A DNA stretch of 64,000 nucleotides from Planctomycetota bacterium (GCA_965228735.1 OZ245838.1:6048001-6112000); one strand, 5' to 3'. Positions 29,117 to 39,700 are shown, numbered from the stretch's first letter. Notes: generated by a model not told the origin, from the letters alone. Program-made: numbers and translations.

Positions 29117-30679
29117 ATGCAACGTACCAACGCCCTGCTCCTCGTCACCGTCCTGATCGGGCTCGCGATCATGACGCTCTGGCGTCTGACGGCCGAGGAG
29201 ATCCGACCGCTCGATCCGAGCGACCCGGTATCGGATTCGGGTGAGGGCGTAGCGAGTGGCGACTCGGGCGGGGCTGGCGACGCCGGCGGTGGCAGCCAAC
29301 CCCTCGTCGAACTCGCGCCGGGGGCGCCCCGGGTCGTGGTTCGGGTCACGGCGCGCGAACGCTACGTGTTGCCCGATCCGTCGCCGGTTCGGGCCGTGTT
29401 GCTGCCGCGGCGCGACCCGCTGCCGACCACGCTCCTCGCGGGCACGGGCGCGGAGCCCTGGGCCGGAGCGCAGGCGGAACGCGCCCCGCGCGCCGGTGCC
29501 GCGCTCGTTCGCGTCGCGATCGACGGCAGCTTCCTCGTGCGGCAGGCCGTCGTCGACCCGGCAGTCGGCACGGCGGAGCTTCTGATCGGCAGTGAGCTGC
29601 GCATCACGGGCACGATCCGCGATGCGACGAGGCAGCCCGTGCAGGACGCGCGCGTCTGGCTCGGGCAACTCGAGAGCGACGGCCGCACGCGGCACGTGCG
29701 CACGGACGGGGAGGGGCGGTTCGAGGTGTCGGTGCGCGCGGGGCCGGGTGTGCCGTTCGTCGCGTGGGCCGAGGGACACGCGGCAGCGTGGCGGGCGGTC
29801 ACAATCGGTGTCGATCTCGATCGTGACCTCGAGATCACGCTGCCGGCCGGCGGCGAACTCACGGTGCAGCTCGCCGGCCAGGCCGTCGAGGTCCAGCGCG
29901 GTCAGGCGTTCGTCACGCCGGCCGCCGCGATCTCCGCCGAACTCGCGAGCTACCCGTTCTTCCTGCAGGGGCTCGTCGGTGGGATCGAGTTCGACGCGCG
30001 CGGCCGCGGGCGCGGCACGTTCCTGCCGCAGAACGGCAACGTCGGGGTCACGCTCGTGCACCCGCTCCTCGCGATCGGTCGGAACAAGGAGGTCGAACTC
30101 GGTGAACGGGAGCAGTGTGTCGTGCCCGTCGACTTCCGACCCGCGTGGCGCACGCGGGTCACGGACAGCGGCGGCGTGGCGGTCCCCGCCGTCGAGGCGT
30201 TGTTGCGGCCCGAGGGGCGGCGGCCCGCGGTCGTGTCGCGTCAGCGCCTGTTGCCGCCGCACGTCGGCGCGGCCGGCTGCTACTACGCCAAGGCCGACCC
30301 CGACGGCGCGCTGCTCATCGCGCGACCGAGTGCGGGCGACGTGCTCGCGCTGCGGGCGCCGGGGTTTGCCGGGCGCGACGTCGTGATCCGTGACGCCCTG
30401 CCCGAGCCCATCACGCTGCATGCCTGGGACGGGACCGAGCCGGCGCTCGCATTGCAGCCGCCGGTCACAGGCCGCGACTGGCGCGCCGAGTTCAGCCTAG
30501 GCGAAGGCGTGACGATCGATCTGCCGGCCGGCGAGGCCGCGATCGTGGCGTTGCCCCACGCCGGTCGGTTCGCGGTCGAGATGATCACGTTCGTCGGCGA
30601 GGAGGAACGCGGCCGCGAGGATCTCGGCGAGATCGTTGCCACGGGCCGGACCGCGCTCCAGGCGCCGCGGATCGAGTGA
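29117..30679 (+). CDS. Membrane-anchored protein with carboxypeptidase-regulatory-like beta domains
   Basis: N-terminal TM helix; ITGTIRD..QPVQDARV...TDGEGRF motif. Confidence 0.7.
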   Translation: MQRTNALLLVTVLIGLAIMTLWRLTAEEIRPLDPSDPVSDSGEGVASGDSGGAGDAGGGSQPLVELAPGAPRVVVRVTARERYVLPDPSPVRAVLLPRRDPLPTTLLAGTGAEPWAGAQAERAPRAGAALVRVAIDGSFLVRQAVVDPAVGTAELLIGSELRITGTIRDATRQPVQDARVWLGQLESDGRTRHVRTDGEGRFEVSVRAGPGVPFVAWAEGHAAAWRAVTIGVDLDRDLEITLPAGGELTVQLAGQAVEVQRGQAFVTPAAAISAELASYPFFLQGLVGGIEFDARGRGRGTFLPQNGNVGVTLVHPLLAIGRNKEVELGEREQCVVPVDFRPAWRTRVTDSGGVAVPAVEALLRPEGRRPAVVSRQRLLPPHVGAAGCYYAKADPDGALLIARPSAGDVLALRAPGFAGRDVVIRDALPEPITLHAWDGTEPALALQPPVTGRDWRAEFSLGEGVTIDLPAGEAAIVALPHAGRFAVEMITFVGEEERGREDLGEIVATGRTALQAPRIE

Positions 30680-30707
30680 GTCCCGCCGCGCGCGACTGAC
30701 GCACTCT

Positions 30708-30848
30708 GCGACACACCGGGTCGGGAGTCTCTCGGCGAGACGCGTGGACCGCGCGATGGGACCGCACCGTGCGCGCCGGGCGACCGGGGCGCTGGCGGTC
30801 CGTCCGACCCGAGCATCGAACTCGGGGTATCCTGTCCGTGCGTGTCGC
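30708..30848 (+). ncRNA. Candidate structured RNA (ncRNA or cis-regulatory leader), family not recognised
   Basis: Nested complementary segments GCGACAC/GTGTCGC, CGGGTCGG/CCGACCCG, GTCTC/GAGAC, GGACCGC/GCGGTCC, CCGG-GCGA-CCGG, CCCGAG/CTCGGG. Confidence 0.4.
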
Positions 30849-30887
30849 TTCCGTGGCGCGCACCTCGTGTGGCTTCGTTGTGTGGTG

Positions 30888-30924
30888 GGGGGCCGGTCCT
30901 TCGGGGCCGGCCCCCGCTTTTTTT
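30888..30924 (+). terminator. Intrinsic terminator
   Basis: 12-bp GC stem with C(UUCG)G loop followed by GC and a 7-nt T run. Confidence 0.85.
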
Positions 30925-30983
30925 CCTCCGCGTCACACTGCGCCGTCGACCCGACCTGGCCGGCGCGCGAAGCTCTGTCGCCA

Positions 30984-32339
30984 GTGAGCATCCTGCGCGA
31001 CCCCGTCCACGGTGACATCGAGCTGACGGCCGATGAACTGCGACTCGTCGACACGGCCGAGTTCCAGCGCCTGCGCGGCATCAAGCAACTCGGTTCGGCG
31101 AGCCTCGTCTTCCCCGGTGCGGTGCACACGCGGTTCGAGCACTCGATCGGCACGATGCACCTGGCGGACCGTCTGCTCGATGCGTGCAACAAGAACGCGG
31201 CGCGGGATCCGGCCGGCTGCCATCGCGTGACCGAGGAGGAGCGTCGCATCCTGCGCGCCGCCGCGCTGCTGCACGACGTCACGCACATTCCTTACGGCCA
31301 CAACATCGAGGACCAGACGGGCCTGCTCGCGCGGCACGACGAACCCGAACGGTTCGCCGGCGTGCTCGGCGACACCGAGCTCGGGCGCGAACTCGAACGC
31401 CAGGGACTGCATCGCGAGGTGCTCGCCGTCCTCACGGGTGAGCCGGTCGCCGGCACCGGCGCGACCGTGCCGCCGTTCTGGCGGCAGGTCCTCAGTGACA
31501 CGATCGACGCCGACCTGCTCGACTACCTGCGGCGTGACGCGCTCTACACCGGGCTCGAGCTGCGCTACGACCGCCGTGTCCTCGACTACTTCCGCATCGA
31601 CCGCCGCACGCAGGAGCTGTTCGTCGACTGCGAGAAGAACGGCATGCTGCGCGAGGACATCGTCAGCGAGCTGCTGCGCGTGCTCGAGTGCCGCTACCAC
31701 TTCAGCGAACGCGTCTACTACCACCACGCCAAGATCGCGGCCGGCGCGCTGCTGTCGCGCATGGTCGAGCTCGCGCTGCGCAGCGGCGCGCTCGAGGGCG
31801 ACGAGCTGCAGACGATGACCGACGAGTCGCTCGTCGTGCGCCTCGCCGCGCTCGACCTCGGTGACGCGGAGCAGAACGCCCGGCTGCAGCGCTTCGTCGA
31901 ACGCTTCCGCCGCCGCGCGTTGCCGAAGCGCGTGCTCGTGCTGCCGTTCTACAGCAACCGCGACCAGCAAGACGAGCTGCTCGAGCGCTACTTCCAGCCA
32001 GGGGACCCGACCGCGCGCTTCGAGTGGGAGGCCGAGATGGAGGCGCGCGCGGCGAACGAGCTCGGCGAACGTTCGGACGTGATGCTCTACTGCCCGAAGC
32101 GCCGGATGCAGCTCAAGGAAGTGAAGACGCGCGTGCGCTTCCCCGGCAGCGGCGGCACCGAACCGCTCGACGCCTACGCCGACGAGCTGCCGCGCCTGCG
32201 CGACCTCGCGGACAGCTACCCGCGGTTGTGGAAGCTCTACGTCTTCACCTCGACCGAGGACCGACTGCAGCGCCGCAAGCTGCAGGAGATGTGCCTCGCG
32301 GCGCTCCCGGCCGGCTGCCGGAACGCGCTGGCGCTGTAG
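30984..32339 (+). CDS. HD-domain phosphohydrolase, SAMHD1/dNTPase-like
   Basis: RDPVHG, QRLRGIKQLG, HTRFEHSIG, LLHD, DADLLDYLRRD, VYYH. Confidence 0.9.
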   Translation: MSILRDPVHGDIELTADELRLVDTAEFQRLRGIKQLGSASLVFPGAVHTRFEHSIGTMHLADRLLDACNKNAARDPAGCHRVTEEERRILRAAALLHDVTHIPYGHNIEDQTGLLARHDEPERFAGVLGDTELGRELERQGLHREVLAVLTGEPVAGTGATVPPFWRQVLSDTIDADLLDYLRRDALYTGLELRYDRRVLDYFRIDRRTQELFVDCEKNGMLREDIVSELLRVLECRYHFSERVYYHHAKIAAGALLSRMVELALRSGALEGDELQTMTDESLVVRLAALDLGDAEQNARLQRFVERFRRRALPKRVLVLPFYSNRDQQDELLERYFQPGDPTARFEWEAEMEARAANELGERSDVMLYCPKRRMQLKEVKTRVRFPGSGGTEPLDAYADELPRLRDLADSYPRLWKLYVFTSTEDRLQRRKLQEMCLAALPAGCRNALAL

Positions 32340-32404
32340 CGGTCCAGCACGATCGTCCCGGACGCAGTATCATCGGGCCGTCCAACAAGCCCAGGAGGCT
32401 CTCG

Positions 32405-33640
32405 ATGCTCGATTCACGGTTGCTGTTCGTCGTCGGTCTGTTCCTCGCTCCGGTTCCCGCTCAGACGTTCGTCGTCGATCGAGCTGGCGGCGCGGGCTCG
32501 CAGTTCCTCGAAATCTCGACGGCGGTCGCAGCGGTGCCGGATGGGGCGACGTTGCTCGTTCGTCCCGGCGTCTACCAGGGGTTCGGCTTCGCGAACAAGG
32601 GGCTGACGATCCTCGGCGACCCGGGTGTGCGGATCGACGGGATCGTCTCGGTCTCGGACACCGCCGCGCATCAGCCGACGATCCTGCGCGGGTTCGACTG
32701 GGTGCTCTACACCGCGCCGGCGAACCTCGGCGGCAGCAACGCGCTGATCCAGCTGACGAACTGCATCGGCCGCGTCGTGCTCGAGGACCTCGATACGAGT
32801 AGCGGCGTCAATTGCCTCAGTCTGCCGATCGGCAGTGACTGCCTCTGGTCACCCGGTCTGCAGGCGAACGACTGCCACCAGCTCGTCGTGCGCGACTGCG
32901 CGATCCACGCGGGATCGTGGATCGTCGGCACCGCCGTGTTGATCGAGTCGTCGGAGTTTGCCGGCAAGAGCTATCAGCACAACTCGGCCGGGCACCCGAC
33001 GGCCGGACTCAGGCTGTCGAGCAGTTTCGCGCAGGTCGCCGGGAGCAGCACGTTCGTCGGCGGCGACGGCGTGAACGGTGGACTGGCGAACGCGCCGGCC
33101 GAGCCGGGCATCTGGGTCGGCCTCGGTGACCTGCGCTTCCTCGAAGGGCACGCGACGGGCGGCGGGATCACCGGCGGGTTCGGTACGACGCACCCGCCGA
33201 AGTCGGCCGTCGAACTGTTCAACGCGTCGCTGCGGCGGGATCCGGTGGTCCAGCTGACGACGTTCGGCGCCCCGCCCGTCGGCGGTTTCGGCACGGTCGA
33301 CAACAGGCCGATGCCGGTCACGACGAGCACGGGCGCAGCACCTGGCGGCACGTTGACCGCGAGCGTGAGCAGCGAGAACGGTGACCTGCTGCTGCTCGTC
33401 ACCGGCCTGCCGGGGAACCCGACGCCGCTGCCGGGCTTCACGGACGCGTTCTGGCTCGATGCGACCGTGCACGTGTTCTCGGCCATCGGCGTGCAGCAGG
33501 GCGGCGTGCCGCTCACGACGTCGATCCCGGTGCCGGCGAATCCGGCCCTGCGCGGGCTCGCGCTGACGTTCCAGGGCGTCGCGGACGGGCCCGTGACCGG
33601 CCTCGCGGCCGCGAACCCGTCGTTCGCGATCGTGCGCTGA
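32405..33640 (+). CDS. Secreted hypothetical protein (beta-helix-like N-region) with C-terminal putative sorting domain
   Basis: AGGAGG RBS; signal peptide; I..AV.A...G.TLLVRPGVY start typical of pectin-lyase-like folds. Confidence 0.75.
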   Translation: MLDSRLLFVVGLFLAPVPAQTFVVDRAGGAGSQFLEISTAVAAVPDGATLLVRPGVYQGFGFANKGLTILGDPGVRIDGIVSVSDTAAHQPTILRGFDWVLYTAPANLGGSNALIQLTNCIGRVVLEDLDTSSGVNCLSLPIGSDCLWSPGLQANDCHQLVVRDCAIHAGSWIVGTAVLIESSEFAGKSYQHNSAGHPTAGLRLSSSFAQVAGSSTFVGGDGVNGGLANAPAEPGIWVGLGDLRFLEGHATGGGITGGFGTTHPPKSAVELFNASLRRDPVVQLTTFGAPPVGGFGTVDNRPMPVTTSTGAAPGGTLTASVSSENGDLLLLVTGLPGNPTPLPGFTDAFWLDATVHVFSAIGVQQGGVPLTTSIPVPANPALRGLALTFQGVADGPVTGLAAANPSFAIVR

Positions 33641-33716
33641 GCGGGCAGAAAGTCGCGGGGACCTGTCGGATCGCGGGTCGCCGGGACACTGGCTTCGGGA
33701 ACCCCGCCCGAAGCCG

Positions 33717-35930
33717 ATGAATCCACGCGATCGAGTCTCCTTCTCCGTTCACGCGAGCCTGGCCCTGGCCCTCGCCGCGACCGCGCCTTGTCAGCGGCCC
33801 GACGTGGAGTCGGCCCGGATCGCCGTCCAGCGGAACGCCGGCCTGCAGGCCGTGCCAGGCGGGCTCCACGGCGGCGGGGAGCGCTACGACGTGCGCTTCG
33901 ACGCCGCCGGCATGCGGTTCGAGCCGGCGCTCGGGGCGTCGATCGCGACGACGCAACGGCTCGGCCTCTCGCCGATCGCGGTCGAGCGCGGCGGCGAACC
34001 GGTCCTGGCTCTGCCGTCCGGTGCCGAGCCGCGGCAGCACGATCGGACGGCGGTGTTCGCGCATTCGCGGGCGGTGCGTGAACGCTTCGCCGTTGGCGTC
34101 GACGGGGTGGAGCTGTCGTGGATCTTCGACGAGCGGCCAGCGGGGCACGGCGATCTCGTCGTGCGCTACGCGGTCGACACCGAACTCGCCGAGCCGGTTG
34201 CCTTGCCGGGCGGCGGCCTCTACTTCGCGCACCCGGGCGTCGGCGGGGTTACCGTCGGCACCGTGACGGGGATCGACGCCGCGGGCCGCTCGGTGCCTGG
34301 CGGTCTGCACTACGAGAACGGCGAACTGTCCCTGTCGCTGCCGGATGAGTTCGTCGACCGCGCGAGCTACCCGCTCGTGCTCGATCCGCTGATCGGCACG
34401 CGCTTCGACATCTGGGGCGGGCCGCAGTACACGGATTCGCAGCCCGACTGTTCGTTCGAGAAGACCGAGGACCGGTTCCTGGTCACGTTCCTGCGCTACT
34501 TCTCGGCGGGCGACGTCCGCATCCGCGCGCAGCTCATCGATCGGACCGCCGGCCTGTTCCAGGGCGTCATCTGGGTCACGACGGGTGGTTTCTCGCTCGC
34601 GCCGCGGGTCGCGAGCTTCTCGAGCCGCGACCGCTTCGGTGTCGTGTGGACCACCAACGTCGGGACCCAGTCGATTGCGTACTTCCGGTCGGTGTCGTCG
34701 ATCGACGGGTCGACGTCGACGACTCGCACGCTCGGGCAGAGCACGGCGGGGACGCTACGCAACCTCGACATCGGTTCGGAAGCGGGCGCGTTCCAGCAGG
34801 ACTACGCGTTCGTGACGGTGTGGGACGACACCAACGACGGCCGGATCTACGCGCGACGGGTCGGCATCGACGCCGGCGGCAACTCGGTGCTCTACCCGGC
34901 CTACACGGTGTTCGCCGATGCCGGACTGAACGAGTACTCGCAGCCGGCGATCGCTCGGGCGGCGGCGACGGGCGGCAAGCTCATGGTGGCCGCCCGTCGA
35001 TTCAGCGGCATCGGTCCGACGATCGGGATCAGCTCGCGACTCGTCTCGGCGCGTGACAACACGGTCAGCTCGCCGACGACGATTGCCGGCAACACGACGG
35101 ACGAGTTCCGCACGCCCGAGGTCGACGGGTACGGGAACGAATGGGTCGTGGCCTGGCGGCAGACGCCGAGCGGATCGTCCCGCCACGCCGTCGTCATGCG
35201 GTCGGGGCAGCTGGTCGGGTCGTCCGTGCAACTCGCACCGCCGGTCACGCTCGGCGGCTCGTCGCTGGTGCAGGCCGACAGCCCGACCGTCGGCTACGCG
35301 CACGGCAAGACGTGGCTCGCCTATCGTCGCGTCGCGTTCGGCGCACCGACGCTGCAGGCGCGCGGTATCGACAGCTCCACGTGTCTGAGCTGCCAGGACA
35401 CGTTCAGCGAACCGGTCCCGGCGGGCGTCACCCGGATCGTGGTGGCGACCACGATGTCAGGCAACGATCCGAACCGCGACGAAGGCGTGATCGTCTGGGC
35501 CGAGAGCTCGGACGTCTGGGTCCAACGCGTCGGCAACCACAGCAACGGAGGCACGGTCACGAACATCGGCGGCGGGTGTGGCGCCGGCGGCAACCACTCC
35601 GCCCAACCGCCGGTCATCGGCGCGAACGCGCTCTCCTGCTCGGTGACCGGGCTGTCGACGACGGCGACGCTGACGATGTTCAACCTCACGATCGGCGCGA
35701 CGCCGATCGTGTGCGGCACCTGCGAGTGGCTGCCGCCCTCGGTCGCCGTCGTGATGCCGGTGACCCAGTGGCAGAACGCGAGCTTCGGCTACGTCTTCCC
35801 GTGCATGCCGAGCCTCGTCGGTGTGCAGTTCGAGACCCAGTGGACCACCTATGACCCGGCTACCACGGCGTGCGCGCTGTATCCGGGCTTCTCGGTGTCC
35901 GACCGCCTGCTGCAGACGATCGGGCAGTAG
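33717..35930 (+). CDS. Secreted hypothetical protein, 737 aa, with C-terminal putative sorting domain
   Basis: Signal peptide; ASYPLVLDP motif; beta-rich repeats. Confidence 0.75.
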   Translation: MNPRDRVSFSVHASLALALAATAPCQRPDVESARIAVQRNAGLQAVPGGLHGGGERYDVRFDAAGMRFEPALGASIATTQRLGLSPIAVERGGEPVLALPSGAEPRQHDRTAVFAHSRAVRERFAVGVDGVELSWIFDERPAGHGDLVVRYAVDTELAEPVALPGGGLYFAHPGVGGVTVGTVTGIDAAGRSVPGGLHYENGELSLSLPDEFVDRASYPLVLDPLIGTRFDIWGGPQYTDSQPDCSFEKTEDRFLVTFLRYFSAGDVRIRAQLIDRTAGLFQGVIWVTTGGFSLAPRVASFSSRDRFGVVWTTNVGTQSIAYFRSVSSIDGSTSTTRTLGQSTAGTLRNLDIGSEAGAFQQDYAFVTVWDDTNDGRIYARRVGIDAGGNSVLYPAYTVFADAGLNEYSQPAIARAAATGGKLMVAARRFSGIGPTIGISSRLVSARDNTVSSPTTIAGNTTDEFRTPEVDGYGNEWVVAWRQTPSGSSRHAVVMRSGQLVGSSVQLAPPVTLGGSSLVQADSPTVGYAHGKTWLAYRRVAFGAPTLQARGIDSSTCLSCQDTFSEPVPAGVTRIVVATTMSGNDPNRDEGVIVWAESSDVWVQRVGNHSNGGTVTNIGGGCGAGGNHSAQPPVIGANALSCSVTGLSTTATLTMFNLTIGATPIVCGTCEWLPPSVAVVMPVTQWQNASFGYVFPCMPSLVGVQFETQWTTYDPATTACALYPGFSVSDRLLQTIGQ

Positions 35931-35942
35931 GCGGTGACCCGG

Positions 35943-36308
35943 TCAGTCTCGCGAGGGCAATGGTCGGGTTCGAACTCGGTCGTCCTCGATGATCGAGAAC
36001 TCACCGTGCCAATCCGTTCGGCTATCGAGCGCCGCGACTGCGCGATCGTTGTCGATGGCTGGAGACGCTCCGGTGAGCCGGAGCAAGACGATGCCGCATT
36101 CCGCTGGCAGTCCGGCTTGGAAGGCGAGTTGCCCGAAGTCAGTGTCGCAGGTAAGCACGAGCCGCTTCTCCAGTGGTGCCTTCGCGAGGACGGAACGGTC
36201 ATCGACGCCTGGGTGGTCTTCGGCGATCCAAGACACGTCGTGGCCGCGACTACGCAGAGCCGTTACTACGGGACCGGGCACATTCTCATTGGCGAGAACC
36301 CGAAGCAT
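35943..36308 (-). CDS. DUF5615 PIN-like toxin
   Basis: MLRVLANENVP..VV.ALR..GHDV, D..VL..A..E.RLVLT.D.DFG.L, GIVLLR. Confidence 0.85.
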   Translation of the reverse strand: MLRVLANENVPGPVVTALRSRGHDVSWIAEDHPGVDDRSVLAKAPLEKRLVLTCDTDFGQLAFQAGLPAECGIVLLRLTGASPAIDNDRAVAALDSRTDWHGEFSIIEDDRVRTRPLPSRD

Positions 36309-36325
36309 GCCTGCCGGTGAATCGC

Positions 36326-36556
36326 TCACGCTGGGCGGCCGAGCATCCGTTCGAGTCGAGTCAGTTCCGCTGCGTAACCGAGGCAAGCAGTGATGTCTGC
36401 CACGGAGAGCGATGGATACTGCGCCAGCACGTCGTCGTGGCTGTAGCCGCGGGCGAGCAGGTCCATCACGAGTTCGACGCTGATGCGCGTGCCCTTGATC
36501 ACGGCCTTGCCGACCAGGACGTCGGGGTCTGCGCCGATGCGATCGCGCCAGTTCAT
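36326..36556 (-). CDS. DUF433 antitoxin
   Basis: RI..DPDVLVGKAVIKGTRISV..V...LA.G....DVL..YPSL...DI.ACL.YA. Confidence 0.9.
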   Translation of the reverse strand: MNWRDRIGADPDVLVGKAVIKGTRISVELVMDLLARGYSHDDVLAQYPSLSVADITACLGYAAELTRLERMLGRPA

Positions 36557-36709
36557 GTGGCTATTCTCGCCAACTCGGTGTGGGGCGCAACCCTGGCAGC
36601 TGCCCCTGACGGGTCGTCGGTGGCCGAGCGAGCACGGTGGACGGGACTCTCCGGCACAAAACCTCCGTTTCGACGTCGCACGATCGCCAGCCCGGGATAA
36701 GGGAACCCC

Positions 36710-39700
36710 GTGTGGCCGATTTCCGAGGACCGCCTGTTCGAGCGCTTTCGACGTCGTCGTGACGGTGCGTCGCTCGCGGCTGTGTTCGATCGCGTCGCGC
36801 CGGCGCTGCAGCGGGTCGCGTCGCATTTGTGCCGGGATCCGCATGCGGCCGAGGATCTGGTGCAGCAGACGTTTCTCGCCGCGATCGAACGGGCCGAACG
36901 TTGGGACCCCGAGCGCGGGCTGTTTCCGTGGTTGGTCGGCATCTTGACCAACCGCGCGCGGCTGCATCGCCGCGCGGAGCAGCGCACACCCGTCGCCGAG
37001 CGGCTGTCGCAGCCGGCGGTGGAGCAGCCGGACGATGCCGCCGAACGGCGCGAGCTCGAGGCGGCGGTCGACGCGGCGATTGCCGAGCTCGGGGACACGT
37101 ATCGGCCCGTTCTGCATCTGCACCTGCTGCACGGTCTGAACGCCAAGGAGATCGCGGCGGCGCTCGGTCGGCCCGCGGGTTCGGTGCGCACGCAGTTGGT
37201 GCGTGGCCTCACCCGGTTGCGCGCCGCGCTGCCGGTCGGGCTCGGGGTCGCGCTGGCCAGCTCCGCGTCATTGCTGGCCATGCGCCAGCGCTTGCTCGAC
37301 GCCCTGCCGGCGGCAGACGCCGCGGGAGCAGCTTCGCTCGCGGCGACGCTGATGATCGGAGGATCGATGGTGAAGAAGTGGACCTTGCTCGGGATCGTGC
37401 TGCTCTTCGGGGTGGTCGCGGGGTGGCAGGCGGTGGGCTCTCCGGGGGCTTTCGAGCCGGCGGGTGCCGGCGCGGCGCAACTCGACGTCAGCGCCGTGGA
37501 CGTGAAGCGTCACGGCGCCGGCGCCGTGAACGATGCCAACGGCGTCGGCGACCGCGACGTATCCCGTACGCTCGCCGGGCCGTTGCGCGACTCGGCCGCG
37601 ACGCCGGGCAGCATCGAAGTGCGCTGCCAGGCCGCGCTCGCGTTGCCGGACGGCAGCGCCGCCGAGGAGGGGTTGGCCGGCGCCTGGGTGCAGGTGCGTG
37701 GCGTCGGGCAAGGGTGGCGGGATCGCCGCTTCGGCGCCGATACCGATGCCGATGGCGTCGCCCGTTTCGCTGATGTGCCGGCCGGCGAGTGGCACGTCGT
37801 CGCGGTTCTCGGCGTGCTGCGGCAGTCCAGCACGATCGTGCTGGAGCCGGGTCGTTCGCTCGACATCGAGCTGACCTTCGATTCGGTGACGGGGGTCGAC
37901 GTGCACGTCGTCGACGAGGGTCACCGGCCCGTGGCCGACGCGGAGGTCTGGGTCGCGCTCGGAATCGGTCTTCGGCGGGTGCGGCCGATGGAGGTGACGA
38001 CGCGGATGGCCGGGCGCACCGACGGCAACGGCAAGGTGCGCGTCGCTGCCGGTCCGGTTGCCCACATCGGCGCTCGCAAGGCCGGCTACTCGGCGTCGCT
38101 GACGGCGCGCACGGAGTTGGCGAGCACTGGCCCGCTGACCCTCGTCCTGCGGTCGGGCGGTGGCGCGATCGATGGCGAGGCCCGCGACGAACGTGGTCGC
38201 GCAATCGCCGGCGCCCGGGTGTTCTTGAGTCCGGTTATCGACGATGCGGGAGGGAACTTTCGCACCGCGGACGGTAGCCCCGGGTTGCCGCCGACCGGGA
38301 TCCGCGTCGACGCCGACGAGCACGGGCGGTTCACGATCGATGGGCTGGCTGCCGCGCGCTACCGGTGTATCGCGATTGCGCCGGGCGCGCTCGATGCCGA
38401 ACTCGAGGTCGAGGTGCGCGATCACGAGCGCAGCCCTGCCGCGTTCGTTCTTCAGGCCAGCACCGAGCTCCATGGTCTCGTCGTCCGGCGCGGCGGGCAG
38501 CCTGCGCCGGGCCTCGACGTGACGTGTCGTGCACTCGACGGCCGTCGGTTCCCCTGGTCGAGCGCTCGCACCGACGAGCAGGGACACTTCACGATCGACG
38601 TTCCGCGGGCCGGCTACCACGTGATGGTCGAGCGCGGTGAGCGGATGCTGGCCGAAGCTCGCAGCCAGGCCGTGCTGACCGGTCCCGTCGAAGTCGAGTT
38701 GACCGTCACCGAAGAACGACTGGCCAGCGGGCGGGTGATCGACGAGCGCGGCGAGCCGATGGCCGACTGGTACGTCGTCGGGATGCCGGACGGCGAACGG
38801 TCGTTGCTGGACGTGATGCGCGCCGGTCACCGGGACTGTGCGCGCACCGATTCCGCGGGTCGCTTCGAGCTCTGGGGCACCCCGACCGGCGCGTTCACGG
38901 TCGCTGCCGTGGCCCGCCTGGGTGGTCGCTACCACGACCTGCCGCCGCCGCAGCTGCATGGCGTGGTCGTCGGGAGCGCCGATCTCGAGCTGGTCGTTCC
39001 GGATCGTTGGTTGAGCCGTGCGACCATCGCCGCGCGAGTCGTCGACGCCGAAGGTCAGGTGATCGCCACCGCCGAGGTGGCGCTCATGACCCAGAGTGAT
39101 GCCGCGGTCGCATGCGAGCAGGGCCAGGTGCGGTGCACGGCCGTTACCTACGGCGAACAGCGCCTGCATGTCACCGCGGCGGGCTACGGCACCGTGAGCG
39201 TCAAAACGGTCGTAGAGGGTCCCGCGATCGATCTGGGCGACATCGTGTTGCAGCGCGCGGTCGAACTGCGCGTGCGGCCGCGGCTGCCGGCGGGGCAGCC
39301 GTGGCGGGGGCCACTGCCACGGCCGTGGCTCAAGCACGGTGACGGTGGCCTCGTCGCCAGTCAGGAGGCCCAGGTCGAAGGCGGCATATTCGTGTTCCGC
39401 TGCTTGCCGCCCGGGAGCTACCGCATCGTGCCGCACTTCCGCGACAGCGTGGCCGCCAGCCCGTTGCCGTTGGAGCTGCGTGCCGGCGTGCCGCTGACGC
39501 TCGATTGGCCGGTGCAGGCAGGGTTTCGGGTCGCGCTCGAGTTCACCGAAGACCCGGCAACACCCATCGACCCTCAGGTCGTGCTCACGATCACTGTGCG
39601 CAATGCCCGTGGCGAGATCGCGCTGCACGAGGCGCAGCCTCGCGGCTCGAACCCGGGTTGGCTCGTGCTGCAGCCGCTCGCGGCGGGTCGCCATCGGGTC

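Noticed and set aside
22614..32339. Sirtuin and HD dNTPase-like genes as an anti-phage defence system
   Set aside because: The sirtuin is a canonical CobB, the two genes are about 7.6 kb apart, and the context is housekeeping.
33691..33715. 9-bp hairpin GGCTTCGGG/CCCGAAGCC just before the 33717 start
   Set aside because: No U tract and a single occurrence; function cannot be supported.
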